A stretch of 61,899 nt of DNA, the filler included, from Globobulimina sp. (lineage: Eukaryota), in NCBI GenBank assembly GCA_003354225.1. It is 23 parts of 23 records of this genome, joined end to end, with 100 filler letters (N's around TTAATTAATTAA, not from the genome) between each part and the next. Parts side by side here need not be neighbours in the genome. Positions count along the whole stretch, not along the records: positions 10,792 to 13,388 come from PIVH01005811.1; positions 13,489 to 16,085 come from PIVH01005812.1; positions 16,186 to 18,781 come from PIVH01005813.1; positions 18,882 to 21,477 come from PIVH01005814.1; positions 21,578 to 24,173 come from PIVH01005815.1; 18 more parts are not named here. One strand, written 5' to 3'. This document shows, piece after piece, positions 10,792 through 22,805 of this stretch; position 1 is the first letter of the stretch; each line of letters begins with the position of its first letter. The translations under genes were made by a program, and so were the position numbers. Below the pieces are notes generated by a model. That model saw only the letters and a program-made list of their open reading frames with translations. It made no database searches and had not been told where the DNA came from.

Positions 10792-12242
10792 ATCAAACAT
10801 TGCTTCGAATGGATAATATTGCTGCGTATTATTGACAAGAAAATATAAATCAAACGCAATGGTTACAACTTGGTGCGCTACCAATGGCGTAAATGTCTGA
10901 TACATATATTCATTTTTATTAAACAATCCATGCATCCATACTCCAGCAGATATCTCCTGTTTTGCGACATTATTCCATGCAGTATACTGTTCATCAAACA
11001 GCTCATTCGATTCGCACCATACACGCGGTATGTCCCAATACCCAGAACAAGCCTTGACATCAATGTGCTTGATACGATATCCATCACCGTTGTTATAGCC
11101 CTGTACTGCAAAGGCAATGTTTGAATTGGGAGTAAACGCACCATCAATGGCACATAAATAGGAGCTTTCTTCTGCATAATCCGCGTAATGTACACGTATA
11201 TTTAGATAGGATTTCTGTCCAACTTCGTCATTACGAAAGCGAATTCGTACTTTGCCATCAGCCATGCCGCCATGGTTGCCATTCCTATCAAAGCCCCAAC
11301 CAAAGGATTGCGTCCATCTGGTCGCATTTTGACCACTCATTACATTGGCAATGTCGTCTGTATATATTAAATGAAATATAGTGCGAGGATATAAATTAAA
11401 ATTAACCACTTCTCCATACCGTTAGTCAATGTGACTCCGGATGATGCGAGCGAGTGACTGCACGAATAAGCACTCGGAGCAGCACCATATGAGATAGCGA
11501 ACTTCGAATCGGTCATTTTAACAGCAATGTATTTCGAATGTTGGTCATAAATATAAATAACCGGCGCTGCCTTTGCAGTGATACCAAGTGCTGGATTGTA
11601 ACATAGTGTATCACCGCAAGCATACTCCAATTCGAACCACGTGATACTGTTATCTGTGAACACCATTTGCGTCTCGTACGTGAATAGGAATTGTATGGCA
11701 TTGGCTGTGGGCAATATCTTTAACATAATGATTTCAGGGTCGTTGTCATCGATTAGTTTGGAGATATGTTGACGCGGATATACGTAGGTCCAATCCCGCC
11801 AGAATGTGTGTGCAGAAACGCATTCGTGAGCTATGAATGTGGGGAACGATGTGGGCGAATTGGTCGGTGCGTTTGTAGGCGATGTGGTGGGTGAGTTTGT
11901 AGGTATGTCTGTGGGTGAATAGGTGGGTGAAGTGGTGGGTGCCTTTGTCGGTGGTGTGGTAGGTGCCTTTGTAGGAGGTGTGGTGGGACTTTTGCTGGGG
12001 GCATTGGTTGGTGATGGGGTCGCATTTGTGGGTGCATCTGTTGGGGAGAATGTAGGTGCAGGCGATGGCATGTCAGTGGGTGCTGGTGATGGCTGAGATG
12101 TAGGTGCTGGGGTTGGTATATCTGTGGGCGCAGTGGTAGGTGCAGGTGATGGAAGGAATGTGGGTGATTTGGTTGGAGATTTACTTGATGCGGATGGCGG
12201 TGTCTGTATATGTGTGCTTGTTGTGGATGGATATACGATCAT
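10792..12242 (-). CDS. PT-repeat (mucin-like) surface protein with beta-rich extracellular domains, 3'-partial; intron 11358-11419
   Basis: Long PTxxPT tract (11840-12180); a GTATGG...TATACAG intron joins ORFs 11367-12242 and 10744-11409. Confidence 0.75.
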
Positions 12243-12530
12243 GAAAGGGGCAAATGTTAATTAACTGTTTGTGCATTGATAGGAGCGATTAAGTCTGGAT
12301 TATGTGGTGTTTTTGTGCGTGCATGACTTTGAAATGGACGAAAAGGGAATTAACTCGTTGATAAGATGGTAAAACATAATGCTAGCGTAATGAAATTATG
12401 TAAGAACATATTCGTTTGTTGTTGTAAAATAAAAACGCTTAATTCAAGAAGCAGCCATCTAAACAAAGAAACTAAGAAAAAACGTTTTTACACTCTTTTA
12501 TTTACGAAATCAAAATAAGTGAATTCAATT

Positions 12531-13388
12531 TTAGAAATCAAAATAGGGTTGAAATGCGTTTGTATTTTTACGATCACACCAGTCAAGCAAATCAGATCTA
12601 TCTAAGTGCGTTAAAGACATCTTTAAATAGGTCCATATTTGATTTGCAGTTGGATTTAATTTTAATGATTTTAAATATGATTGACATGCTTGTTTATGCA
12701 TATCTAAATTTGCAAAACTTATCCCTAAATTGGATAATGTTCGCACATAATTTGGTTTTATTTCCAATGCTCGTTTATACGAATTTATAGCTTCTGCATA
12801 TTTACCACCATTAGCTTGTGTGGCACCCAATTTATTCCATAATGATGCATCATTTGGTCTCATTTTAATTGCATTTCCAAAGTAATCTGCAGCGAAATCA
12901 TATTGCGATGTCAAATTATACAAAACACCTAAAACAAAAAGTAAATCTGCGTCCATTGCATCGATTTGTAGTGCACTTAAATATAAATCAACAATGAGTT
13001 GATGCTGATCATTGTCAACAAAAGTATGAATGTCATCGGTTATCAAACCAAAATATTTCGGATTATTTGCAATCCATTGTTTCATGCAATTTAATGCATT
13101 TTCGGTGTCTGACTCGTTGCAGTATGATACGCTTAAACTTAATAATACCTCCAAATTGTACGGATTCAATGAATAACATTGTAAAAATGCAGACATTGCA
13201 TCATTTTCATTTTCATTTTCAGCTTGCAATATTCCTAAATATCTCCAGGCTTCACTTAATTCGAAATTATTTAAGATTTCTTGCTTAATATTTGCCTCAA
13301 ACCATAATATTGCATCTTGCAAATTACTCTGTTCCATCAATAATGCGTTTTTATGGATATAATCGATGATGTCTCCAACCAATGCATT
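12531..13388 (-). CDS. PEX5: Peroxisomal targeting signal 1 receptor PEX5, C-terminal TPR domain, 5'-partial
   Basis: AWRYLGILQAENENE, LLSLSVSYCNE, LGVLYNL, LWNKLGATQANG, YKRALEIKPNYVRTLSNLGISFANL. Confidence 0.93.
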   Translation of the reverse strand, partial: NALVGDIIDYIHKNALLMEQSNLQDAILWFEANIKQEILNNFELSEAWRYLGILQAENENENDAMSAFLQCYSLNPYNLEVLLSLSVSYCNESDTENALNCMKQWIANNPKYFGLITDDIHTFVDNDQHQLIVDLYLSALQIDAMDADLLFVLGVLYNLTSQYDFAADYFGNAIKMRPNDASLWNKLGATQANGGKYAEAINSYKRALEIKPNYVRTLSNLGISFANLDMHKQACQSYLKSLKLNPTANQIWTYLKMSLTHLDRSDLLDWCDRKNTNAFQPYFDF

Positions 13389-13489
13389 NNNNNNNNNNNN
13401 NNNNNNNNNNNNNNNNNNNNNNNNNNNNNNNNTTAATTAATTAANNNNNNNNNNNNNNNNNNNNNNNNNNNNNNNNNNNNNNNNNNNNG

Positions 13490-15874
13490 CAATTTGATTA
13501 TTCATTTGATGATGATGATAATCCATCGCCAATCCCCTTTCCACCAAAAAAGAAAACAAAAAATCCCCTCAAAAGAACGTATTCCCAATCAAAGCAACCA
13601 ATTGATTCACCATTGCCTGCGTCGAAGACTCCTAAAACAATCAAAATATTCTCCATTGAGCATCCCTCGATACATGCAAACCGATTGAAATACATTAAAG
13701 GAATCCAATCCATTTCCCCCCACACAAAATCTGTACAAATCAAATGCGTTTCCAAATATATACGCGATGATTCCCCCTCATTTGAAGATTTTGACGCATT
13801 GCATTTGGTGTTCAATCAAACCAAATTAAAATATAAGACGTATAACAGATTGTTGACCACCAATATCCCCGATGAAAAGGCAAACGACATTGAATTGATT
13901 ATCAAATTTAAAAGGATGCAAGAAATCCGTGCCAGCAGATGGGTGGAAAACGCATTGGCGCATCACAAGAAACTAAAAATCAGCATTAATCCCCGCATCG
14001 TCTATGACAAAGTATTTATTACGGATCGCATGGCAGACATTATTTGGGTGCCAAAAGCAGTAAAATTTATACGTGAATTAGCCAACGCACCAATTTGTAA
14101 AACAAGGAAAGAAAATGCGCCAACTATGGCGCCAACAACAACTATATTTACATCGCCTGCATTCTCCTTCTTCTTCAACGATAATTCTTATTACAATGCC
14201 CTCGCAAATTTTGAAGGTGCCACAGATGGCATATTAACATACATTGACCCCACACATGGCAAGATATTTAAAACAGGCGCCGGGTTTAAATTTGTGTCAA
14301 AAAACAACGCCTTATTAGAATATGTGCAAAACATCATTGGCAAACCTCTGCCGCTACGATACACCGCGACGTACAACAATCAGCCGGTCTCCATTACCAT
14401 TGCCGACAACATTGCAACAATTGGTGAGTCATCGTACATTGCCTCCAGTAATGGCAGCAATGTGTTTTCGTATAACACGAAGAAGACTGGATTCTATTTT
14501 TGGTGCAGAAATAAAGTCGCAATATGCATCACAATGACAGTCTTAGATAATATTGATACGATTAATCGCTATGCGGGCTCCACCATTAACCTCCAATATA
14601 TATGGGATCGCTTAGGTTATCACGTGACAGACCCCAAATGCCTGGAATTAACCGTCCAAATCCCCAGTCAAACGGTAACCCGTTCATGGTATTGCTCCAC
14701 CAAAGCATCCATCAAAGATAAATACATATTATCTCTACACAAACCCCCCCCTTTTCTGTACAAACACGAAATAAAATACGTATTAGATCATATATGTCCG
14801 TCCAAATCAGACTTTCATATCCAAAATTTTGCACATCCGCACCAGTTACACTCTAATCATCATTCATGGAAATTCACCGCCCAGAACATGGCAAGAAACT
14901 TATTATGCGGCGTTGACATCGCAGATCTCAACGACGTGACAAAATATTATCAAAACATCATATTGGCGTCAAACAACGCGATAATTAATGGGAAAGTGGT
15001 CACTGTGGTGGAGACCTACAAAGACGACTTTATTGCCAGCACAGTGATGAATTTACACAAGAAATTGCGCTGCGATTATTGCCCCTCCTTATACTGCAAA
15101 GACAAGAATAAATGCGACAACTTCAAATCCAAATTAGATGAGGCCAAACTGGCAAAGAAATATCAGTTAACAAAGGAACACGTTGAGGCTAAGACCATGG
15201 AGCACATTTTAAGCAACGTACGAAGAGCTGCCATCATCCCCAGATGCGGCCATTTAAAATCAAAATGTAAAGGCTGCAGCATCAATATGGCACAGTTAGA
15301 AGATGGCTTTACGGGGCAGTTCGGTTTAGGCAATGCTCCCAATGAGCAAACATTAATTTTATTTTATCACTCCTATGGCATTGCGAAAATTGAAGGAATC
15401 ACAATCAAGAAAACTAAAATTGTCTGGGATGAATTGTCTACGTTGGCTCAAATAGGGCTTACGTTCAATAAAACCATCAAACAAACATTGAAAGATAATG
15501 ATATCGGACATCTCATATTCCACAACGCGGTCAAAGTTAGCAGCGATTTCACCAAATTAATATTAAATGAGAATCGCCTGAAATTATTATTATTAAAACA
15601 AGAGCATGGCATTGACATTTGTTCGGATTTTAAATTGATCAAAGAATACAGTGTCCACACTGACGTGGATAACAATGATGCCTCCAATACAAACATCTCA
15701 ATCAATATAGAATCTCCCAGCGACACCAACGATAACTCCAACAATTCTGCCAACACCAACGATAACTCCAACAATTCTGCCAACACCAACAACAACAACA
15801 CCAATGACATGGACGAGGACATCGAGAATGATGACGAGCTCAAACAAAACGACCCTAATCAATCGCCCCTGTAG
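13490..15874 (+). CDS. Large intronless hypothetical protein, possibly ORF1/gag-like protein of a non-LTR retroelement
   Basis: The frame is open from the contig start (~795 aa). The coding strand is A/C-rich, with Cys clusters CDYCPSLYCKDKNKC and RCGHLKSKCKGC and a low-complexity Asn/Asp tail. The ORF is solid; the function is tentative. Confidence 0.5.
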   Translation, partial: QFDYSFDDDDNPSPIPFPPKKKTKNPLKRTYSQSKQPIDSPLPASKTPKTIKIFSIEHPSIHANRLKYIKGIQSISPHTKSVQIKCVSKYIRDDSPSFEDFDALHLVFNQTKLKYKTYNRLLTTNIPDEKANDIELIIKFKRMQEIRASRWVENALAHHKKLKISINPRIVYDKVFITDRMADIIWVPKAVKFIRELANAPICKTRKENAPTMAPTTTIFTSPAFSFFFNDNSYYNALANFEGATDGILTYIDPTHGKIFKTGAGFKFVSKNNALLEYVQNIIGKPLPLRYTATYNNQPVSITIADNIATIGESSYIASSNGSNVFSYNTKKTGFYFWCRNKVAICITMTVLDNIDTINRYAGSTINLQYIWDRLGYHVTDPKCLELTVQIPSQTVTRSWYCSTKASIKDKYILSLHKPPPFLYKHEIKYVLDHICPSKSDFHIQNFAHPHQLHSNHHSWKFTAQNMARNLLCGVDIADLNDVTKYYQNIILASNNAIINGKVVTVVETYKDDFIASTVMNLHKKLRCDYCPSLYCKDKNKCDNFKSKLDEAKLAKKYQLTKEHVEAKTMEHILSNVRRAAIIPRCGHLKSKCKGCSINMAQLEDGFTGQFGLGNAPNEQTLILFYHSYGIAKIEGITIKKTKIVWDELSTLAQIGLTFNKTIKQTLKDNDIGHLIFHNAVKVSSDFTKLILNENRLKLLLLKQEHGIDICSDFKLIKEYSVHTDVDNNDASNTNISINIESPSDTNDNSNNSANTNDNSNNSANTNNNNTNDMDEDIENDDELKQNDPNQSPL

Positions 15875-16185
15875 TTCTTACCATCATTGACAGCTATTTT
15901 AATAGCACTAACATCCACCATATTAAATTGCAACCAATCTACCCCTTTATTATTCTTTCAAATATATATTTATTTCTTTTGTTACCGTTACTTCCGAACT
16001 TACCGTTTATGCTTTGTTTTTTTTCCAACCTGTTTAGTTTTCTACTATTACTCCTTTGTGTGGGTTATCTCCCTTTTTTTCGACTNNNNNNNNNNNNNNN
16101 NNNNNNNNNNNNNNNNNNNNNNNNNNNNNTTAATTAATTAANNNNNNNNNNNNNNNNNNNNNNNNNNNNNNNNNNNNNNNNNNNN

Positions 16186-16643
16186 GTTGTTTGCATTTAT
16201 CATTAGGGGCTGATCCAGGACCAGCGTGCAAATCAGGTGGTTATCTTTCATATAAATGTGGCAGCGATGTTGATTGTATAAATTGTCCGGCTCCGTCATT
16301 TTATTATGCGTTCTGTGATCACGATGATGGCGAATCAATCTGTCATTTTAATAACTATGGAAAAGGAATAGTGTTACACGATGGAGCAAAAGATGATATA
16401 CAATTGCATAACGTGACAGATCTAACATGTACTGAGTTGCGAGTTGGTTTATACGAAGGAGGTAGTGAATGTTGGTTCGATTTTTGGAGCAAAAATTCAG
16501 TTTATTATCAAAATTACAGCCAAGGATTATGTCCCTCATATTTTAGTCATTATATTGCATCACAGACTATTTGCTCTGACTTTAGCATTGGCGCTCATAT
16601 CAACCAACGACAAACAAATTCAACTGAAATTCAGATGAAATAA
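16186..16643 (+). CDS. Small cysteine-rich, probably secreted protein, 5'-partial
   Basis: 150-aa ORF with about 10 Cys, preceded by the end of a hydrophobic stretch at the contig edge. Confidence 0.5.
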
Positions 16644-16780
16644 TTTTTTCGCAGACGGACTTGTTTTTTATTAAAATTAAAATTGCAGCCTTTGCAATGG
16701 TTTAGGAGTCGAGTTGTGTGTCAGAAACATTTATTTATATCAAATCAAATTAAAATTTGAAGTCAAGTGAAAGATTATAA

Positions 16781-18556
16781 TTACTTTTGGTAGTTCCAAT
16801 AGTGGACATATTGGCAGTGGAACCGGGAACTCGGAGCGATGGAGAATCCATTCCTGTCAATTTTGATCCAATCAATTACTAGCCAGCCACCATTGGTATG
16901 GTTCAACACCAGCTCCGAAAACTGCTTAATATCCGCAATAAATGCTTCCACATGAACTAAAAACATATCTCGATCTCGTTTTGCACCCAATGCCGGCAAA
17001 TCACGTGTCGTGGCATTTGAGGACAGGCTACTTTTTCTTTTACTGGCTGTGATTGCAAACACATTCTTCCACAGTTTGTGAGGCGATTTAGGAAAGCGGG
17101 GATCCCATTCCTTGTCATTATAATCTATAATTAGCAGCCGGTCATACAAATTGATGGTTTTGTGCAGAATGTTGTCGATGGCATGCAAAGACTTTTTGTA
17201 TTTGGATCTCTTAAACATTGGAATGACAAATTCAAATCTAAACATTAACTGGTGATGGCGCTCCACGCTCAACAATGGATCCTGAGTCAGCAAATAATAC
17301 CAATTGAAATACATTTCAATCAAAATGATGTTAAAAAATGAGACATAGGGATTGTTGCCAATGAATACCATGAAATCAAAGTTATTGTCGGCAATCTCGC
17401 CACAAACCATGTCATGTAACAACTTCGTTAAACCAGGCCGAAACATGACGAAATACTCATCTTTGTCGTCAGCGAATTGGTCCTCGACACGTTCTGTCTC
17501 ATTCAGATTAATGTAAGCAAACACCAGATCTTCTTGATCGTAATTGTATTGTTTCGCAATTTGGCTCAAATCAGTCTCATTTCTATCCTCTGCACAAATA
17601 TGAATGTCATAATCCAGCACTGTTTTTTCTAAGTGAAATACAACCAAATTATCAGACTCTGCACCTTTGGTTTTTTTGGTTTCCAAAGCTTGCATTTGAA
17701 TCTGCGCAACATCCAAATCGTGCAACTCATGGAATCTATTCCAGCATTCTCCAGTTATGTACTCTTTCATCCCTTCGATGCCGTTAATTGACTGTTCCAA
17801 CCAAAATGGATGCACTTCATAGTCCTTATTCATTCCAATTGGAATGAGATTGATTATTGATTCGCAATCAATGCCAGAGATCAATTTGTATTCCGAGCTC
17901 GAGCCGATCTCTGTGGCGGCATACATTCTTTCCAATGGGTTTGGCGAACTAAACAGCGAGATTGTTGAGGCCGAACTACCAGTGGTCACAGAAAAGTCTC
18001 CATACTGATACGTATACGGAAAGCTAGATGAAGATCGGGATAATGGACGGAAAGCGGGTGGTATTCGAGGAAACGTATCCAGCAATGGAACGAGAGGCGG
18101 TGAAGGTGCAATATATGAACATAAAGGAAATGGCAATGCATAGTCGTCTGATGGTGAGCGGATGGCTGGTTTTAAAATACTAAGACCTGATTCTAGCGTT
18201 GATTGTGAATTTTGTGCTGTGAATTTTGTGAAAAAATTCACCTTTTGGCCTGGTGATGATGATGATGATGACTGTGGCTTGGACTGTAACTGTATCTCAT
18301 GAGGTGCCAGAGGTGGAGTTGATAATGGATTTGATTTTGACATTGCGATTAATGCTGGTATTGGTGCGCGTGCATCGTCATTATTACTAATACTTGTAAA
18401 GTTTATCTTGGTGACTGCATTCGATCGCGAGTCACCAACACAACAATCAGCGCAGTCAGAGATACAGGAACGAAGACAAGCAAAGCATCCTAGTTTCATT
18501 GTTTGTATTGCTGTGATGTAGGAAAGTGCCAGAATAATTTGGTAGGAAGTCAACAT
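16781..18556 (-). CDS. Signal-peptide protein with a degenerate FCP1/NIF-type HAD phosphatase domain
   Basis: N-terminal MLTSYQIILALSYITA. LVVFHLEKTVLD aligns with LVLDLDETLIH, YFVMFRPGLTKLL with YVKLRPGLxEFL, and LLIIDYNDKEW with IIDDRxDVW. Confidence 0.6.
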   Translation of the reverse strand: MLTSYQIILALSYITAIQTMKLGCFACLRSCISDCADCCVGDSRSNAVTKINFTSISNNDDARAPIPALIAMSKSNPLSTPPLAPHEIQLQSKPQSSSSSSPGQKVNFFTKFTAQNSQSTLESGLSILKPAIRSPSDDYALPFPLCSYIAPSPPLVPLLDTFPRIPPAFRPLSRSSSSFPYTYQYGDFSVTTGSSASTISLFSSPNPLERMYAATEIGSSSEYKLISGIDCESIINLIPIGMNKDYEVHPFWLEQSINGIEGMKEYITGECWNRFHELHDLDVAQIQMQALETKKTKGAESDNLVVFHLEKTVLDYDIHICAEDRNETDLSQIAKQYNYDQEDLVFAYINLNETERVEDQFADDKDEYFVMFRPGLTKLLHDMVCGEIADNNFDFMVFIGNNPYVSFFNIILIEMYFNWYYLLTQDPLLSVERHHQLMFRFEFVIPMFKRSKYKKSLHAIDNILHKTINLYDRLLIIDYNDKEWDPRFPKSPHKLWKNVFAITASKRKSSLSSNATTRDLPALGAKRDRDMFLVHVEAFIADIKQFSELVLNHTNGGWLVIDWIKIDRNGFSIAPSSRFHCQYVHYWNYQK

Positions 18557-18921
18557 TGTTAAATTAGAAAGTGTTTGCTGAGTAAGATTTAAAAACAGTT
18601 CGAAAATGCGCTACTTAATATAAACGTAGGCACTCGGCGTAGCTGCAGTTTTTTGAGTTTATAATGGTTTGTTAAACAAGGAATTGGGAACTTATCGACT
18701 GATGAGGTTGCAGAGAGTGAGGAGGTTTTAGTTTTATTGGCATCCGAAAAGCAATGGGATGATATAAATGAAATATGTCAANNNNNNNNNNNNNNNNNNN
18801 NNNNNNNNNNNNNNNNNNNNNNNNNTTAATTAATTAANNNNNNNNNNNNNNNNNNNNNNNNNNNNNNNNNNNNNNNNNNNNGTATAACAATGTACAAATT
18901 GTAAAAAATAAAAATAAAAAA

Positions 18922-19915
18922 TTAAATAATTAAAACAATTATATTATTATAGATTGGTTGCAATAAATTAATTCCATTCATGATGCATTCGTAAATAAGA
19001 ATTAATGTTTTTAGAATATTATTAACAAATTGGATTTTGTGGTGTTTGAGATGCTCAGGAATGAATTTTAAGGCACGGCGGTATGTATTTTGTATCCCCG
19101 TCGTGTCGTAAATGCAGTCATATTCTAAAATGATTCGCTTTGTGTTATTATCAGATTTATCTAAATCAGATTGTTGTTGTGGAGTTAATAAATTATATTT
19201 GATTTTGTTTTTGATAAACTTGTTTTTATAAAGATAATATTGTTTACAATTCAATATAATGCGCTCTTTGATGTGTTTGCGTCGATAATAATTGTTGACA
19301 ATGTTAGAGCGACTTACATATTTTGTATGCTTTCCAATTCGTATCATTTCTGTATTCCAGCCGCGGTCAATTAATTTCTGTGTAATAAATGTTTTATTAA
19401 TCATAAAGTTGCGTTGATTTGAATTAGTTATAACTGCATTTTGATACAGTGACGAAGTTAAACTCCGAATGATTTTAAGTTTATCACAGTTGGAATATGG
19501 CGTTGTAAATGGAAATGTTGACATAGGTTTAAAATATTGTTTGTAAGCAATTTTGTTATTGGCGTAATCAAAATAAATTGTGATGTTTGTGATATTAATA
19601 CATTTTTTTGATACTATAACTTCTTTCAATGGAATTTCGACATTTTGAGGGTAAAATGATTGTAAAAGATGATGAATGATTATAAATTGTATTCTCACAA
19701 AATTTGCATTTAATTAATGAATATTTCCTGAGGTTTAATTCATTTGCCGTGGGAAAGTCATCTGTTTCATCATTGTATTCATTGTCTTTAATTATTGGCA
19801 ACGTTAAAAAAAATACTTTATCATTGATATTCATTATAGTTTTATCTTTATCTATTTCGCAGTCAAAGCAAATTTTCATAAAATCTTCTTTTTTATCCTT
19901 TCGTACAAATACCAC
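18922..19915 (-). mobile_element. Decayed Penelope-like retroelement fragment (end of RT plus thumb/C-terminal domain), frameshifted
   Basis: LQSFYPQN...INITNITIYFD...YKQYFKPMSTFPFTTPYSN...NSNQRNF...QKLIDRGWNTEMI matches the PLE pattern lNsfhP..FLD..Y.KP....S.hP..S...f...L..RGY....I; the overlapping ORFs are out of frame. Confidence 0.6.
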
Positions 19916-20146
19916 AAAATGATGCTAAATATGTAATATTATTACAGTTCTAGTATTGTTTTAGTTTAAACTGAATATCAAACACACCTCAATTCTCACA
20001 TGATACTGATTTGGTGGCAAACATGGCTTGAAAAATAATTTTAATTGTTTCAAATGTGGTAGCTTCTCCAACAAATACGTAGCTGACATGATTTGGTGCA
20101 AGGTTAATTGTTGATTTTCCGAAAACATTTGAGTCAGAAACAAAAA

Positions 20147-21474
20147 ATGAACCATAAGCATGTTGTCGGGAAAAGACGATCACAATTATTAGTAAGTGGA
20201 TACGTTAGAAAATATAGGACGCAATACATCCATACAGATATTATTAGTATCATTCATGCATTCCATTATTATATTTCATTGTTATTATTTTCGATCGGTT
20301 GTAACAGATTTGGACAACAGGGGAATGGAAGAAACCGAGATATTGAAAAAATAACAAAAATAAAAACATTTGATAAAAAAATAAAAAATATTTTTACTTG
20401 TGATGGTCGTTGGGGTCATGCAGCAGCATATATTTTATTTGATGATCAAACATATGAATGCTGTGGTTATAATAGAAATGGTGTATTAGGTGTTGGCCAT
20501 TATAGTAATATTAATATATGGCATCAAGTAAAAGATATGAAAATAAAAAATATATTTGCAGCACCAAATAGATCAAAACATTCATTTTGTATTTCAAATG
20601 AGAATAAATTATATGCTGTCGGATGGAATCTTAAGAATCAATGGATACCAATTAATACAACATTTTCGATTCAAAAAGTAGCCACAACAGAGCTATATGC
20701 AACATTTTTAAGTACAAATGGTAAAATCTATGTGGTTGGTTATGGAGGTGATGGTGGTTTAGGATTAGGAAAAGATATTAAATCATCACCAAATATTCAA
20801 GAAATTCAAATAAAAATAAAATTCCAGGATATATATTGTGGACAGGATCATACCTTAGCACTTGATGATAATTATGGTGTTTGGTCGTGGGGATATGGTG
20901 AATATGGTAGTTTAGGTCATGGTGATGGTAATAATAGATATTCACCAACAAGAATACAATATTTTATTCAAAACAATATTAAAATTGCTAAAATATGTTG
21001 TGGTGGGTATCATAATGTGTTATTATCGTTAAATAATAAAGTTTTGATCTTTTTGTGTTCTGTTTATTTATTTTTATATTGTTTAGTGATGCAAATATAT
21101 TTTAATAAATAAATAAGATATATTGTTTTGGATTCAATGTGCGGTATCAATGTGGGAATGGTTCAGATAAAAATGTATATTTACCACAACCAAATGAAAC
21201 ATTAAAAAATGAAACAGTTATTGATGTTAAATGTGGTGGACATCATAATATTATTAAAACAGCGCGTAATACATATTATTTATGGGGATATAATGACTAT
21301 AATCAATGTTTATATGTCCATGATGACAATCCGCCATCAAATATTGAGAAACCATTATTGTTTAATTCAAATTATTTTGACAAAGATAAAGAAATACTTG
21401 GAATGTATCCTGGCGTTAATGAAACACGACTAATAATTGGTAATTGGAAAGCAAATGAAGATGAAAAAAGATAA
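20147..21474 (+). CDS. RCC1-repeat protein; intron 21041-21117
   Basis: Repeated GxNxxGQ/GxLG motifs, IYCGQDHTLAL and VWSWGYGEYGSLGHG; N-terminal LLVSGYVR...DIISII motif. Confidence 0.9.
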
Positions 21475-22805
21475 TTTNNNNNNNNNNNNNNNNNNNNNNN
21501 NNNNNNNNNNNNNNNNNNNNNTTAATTAATTAANNNNNNNNNNNNNNNNNNNNNNNNNNNNNNNNNNNNNNNNNNNNAATGCAACTGTGAGTATGATGCG
21601 TGTTTTATGAGTGATCTGCTGCAAATATAATGTGTTTAATACTTTGGTAAAGAATCCTAATGCAGTGACTGACCAAAATATTAATCCGATTAAATTTGGT
21701 GCGTTGAACGAGTCTGACAGGTTTTTGGCTGAAATTATTGAATGTGCCCAGAATAAAGAAACAAATCCAGCCCACTGTGTATAATGATTTGTATACTACG
21801 GAATTGTGACTTGACGGAATTGTATACTACGGAATTATTGTCTGCGTTGTATTCCATGCTCGGTTCATCACTGTCACTGTGGTAAAGTTTTATGTCTGGA
21901 TTTTGTGAGATCAATGACAGGACTGGCTCGTTTGTTCGTGTTTGTTTGTCGGTGATTTGTGATGATTGTGTGCGCGCGCAGTGACTGTGATGGGATTGGA
22001 CGACTGTGATCGATGAAGACTAGCAAAAGTAAGCAGATTAGACACAGGACACGAGACTTTGAAGACATGATTCGAAAGCAAGTGAAGCGAAGTAAGTTTT
22101 CGATTTGACAAATGATTTCAAGAAAGCTGTATTCGACGGTTGATACCTTTCAATAAAATCAACCGCAAGATTTTGAAATATTTCGGGATACCTAACCTTT
22201 GAAGGGTAGCAATGCATTCTTACAACAAAGGTTGGCTCCCTTTGGTTCGATGACGACCATTGCTTAGGAGAGACAGACGGGATTGATATCGAAAAATTGT
22301 GATTCGTTTCTTGAATAAACCGCGAGTCTATGCTTTGCATTACTGCAATGGTGCCAATGATGAGAGTAAACACTCATTATTATTCGATCCAAACTGAGAA
22401 GAAATGATCATCGAATCAAATGCACTAAAAGCAAATCGATCAAATGGAGCAACAGCAAATGCACTAAAAGCAAATCGATCAAATGCTTCTTTGAGTTTAA
22501 TATTAACCAACACCTCATTGCAATGGTTTAATTCCAAACTAGAAAATATTTTTAAACGGCTCATAGATGCATTTTGTAAAATGACCAACAATATATATAT
22601 CATACCGTCTCTATAAAGGGAATCGGAAAAAAATAAACGAAAAAATACAATATACACAAAATTACACGGTCTGTGATTTATTTATGAATATTTTGGATGT
22701 TTTGTTAAAAGTTTGGCAGAATATGTTCACTGCAACACGCATTTTTAATTTAAATTATTAACGTCTACAATACATAAACAAAAATCAGAAATGACATATT
22801 TCAGG

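Noticed and set aside
11358-11419. Programmed frameshift between overlapping ORFs (also at 21041, 28063, 60838)
   Set aside because: Each is explained by a short GT-AG intron that restores the frame
18699-18750. Hammerhead ribozyme (CTGATGA-GGTTGC...GCATCC-GAAA)
   Set aside because: Stem II is plausible, but no stem I/III with an NUH cleavage site can be built; the Penelope fragment is on a different contig
22398-22466. 29-bp direct duplication AAATGCACTAAAAGCAAATCGATCAAATG (also short repeats at 21790-21840)
   Set aside because: Simple local slippage duplications with no further structure
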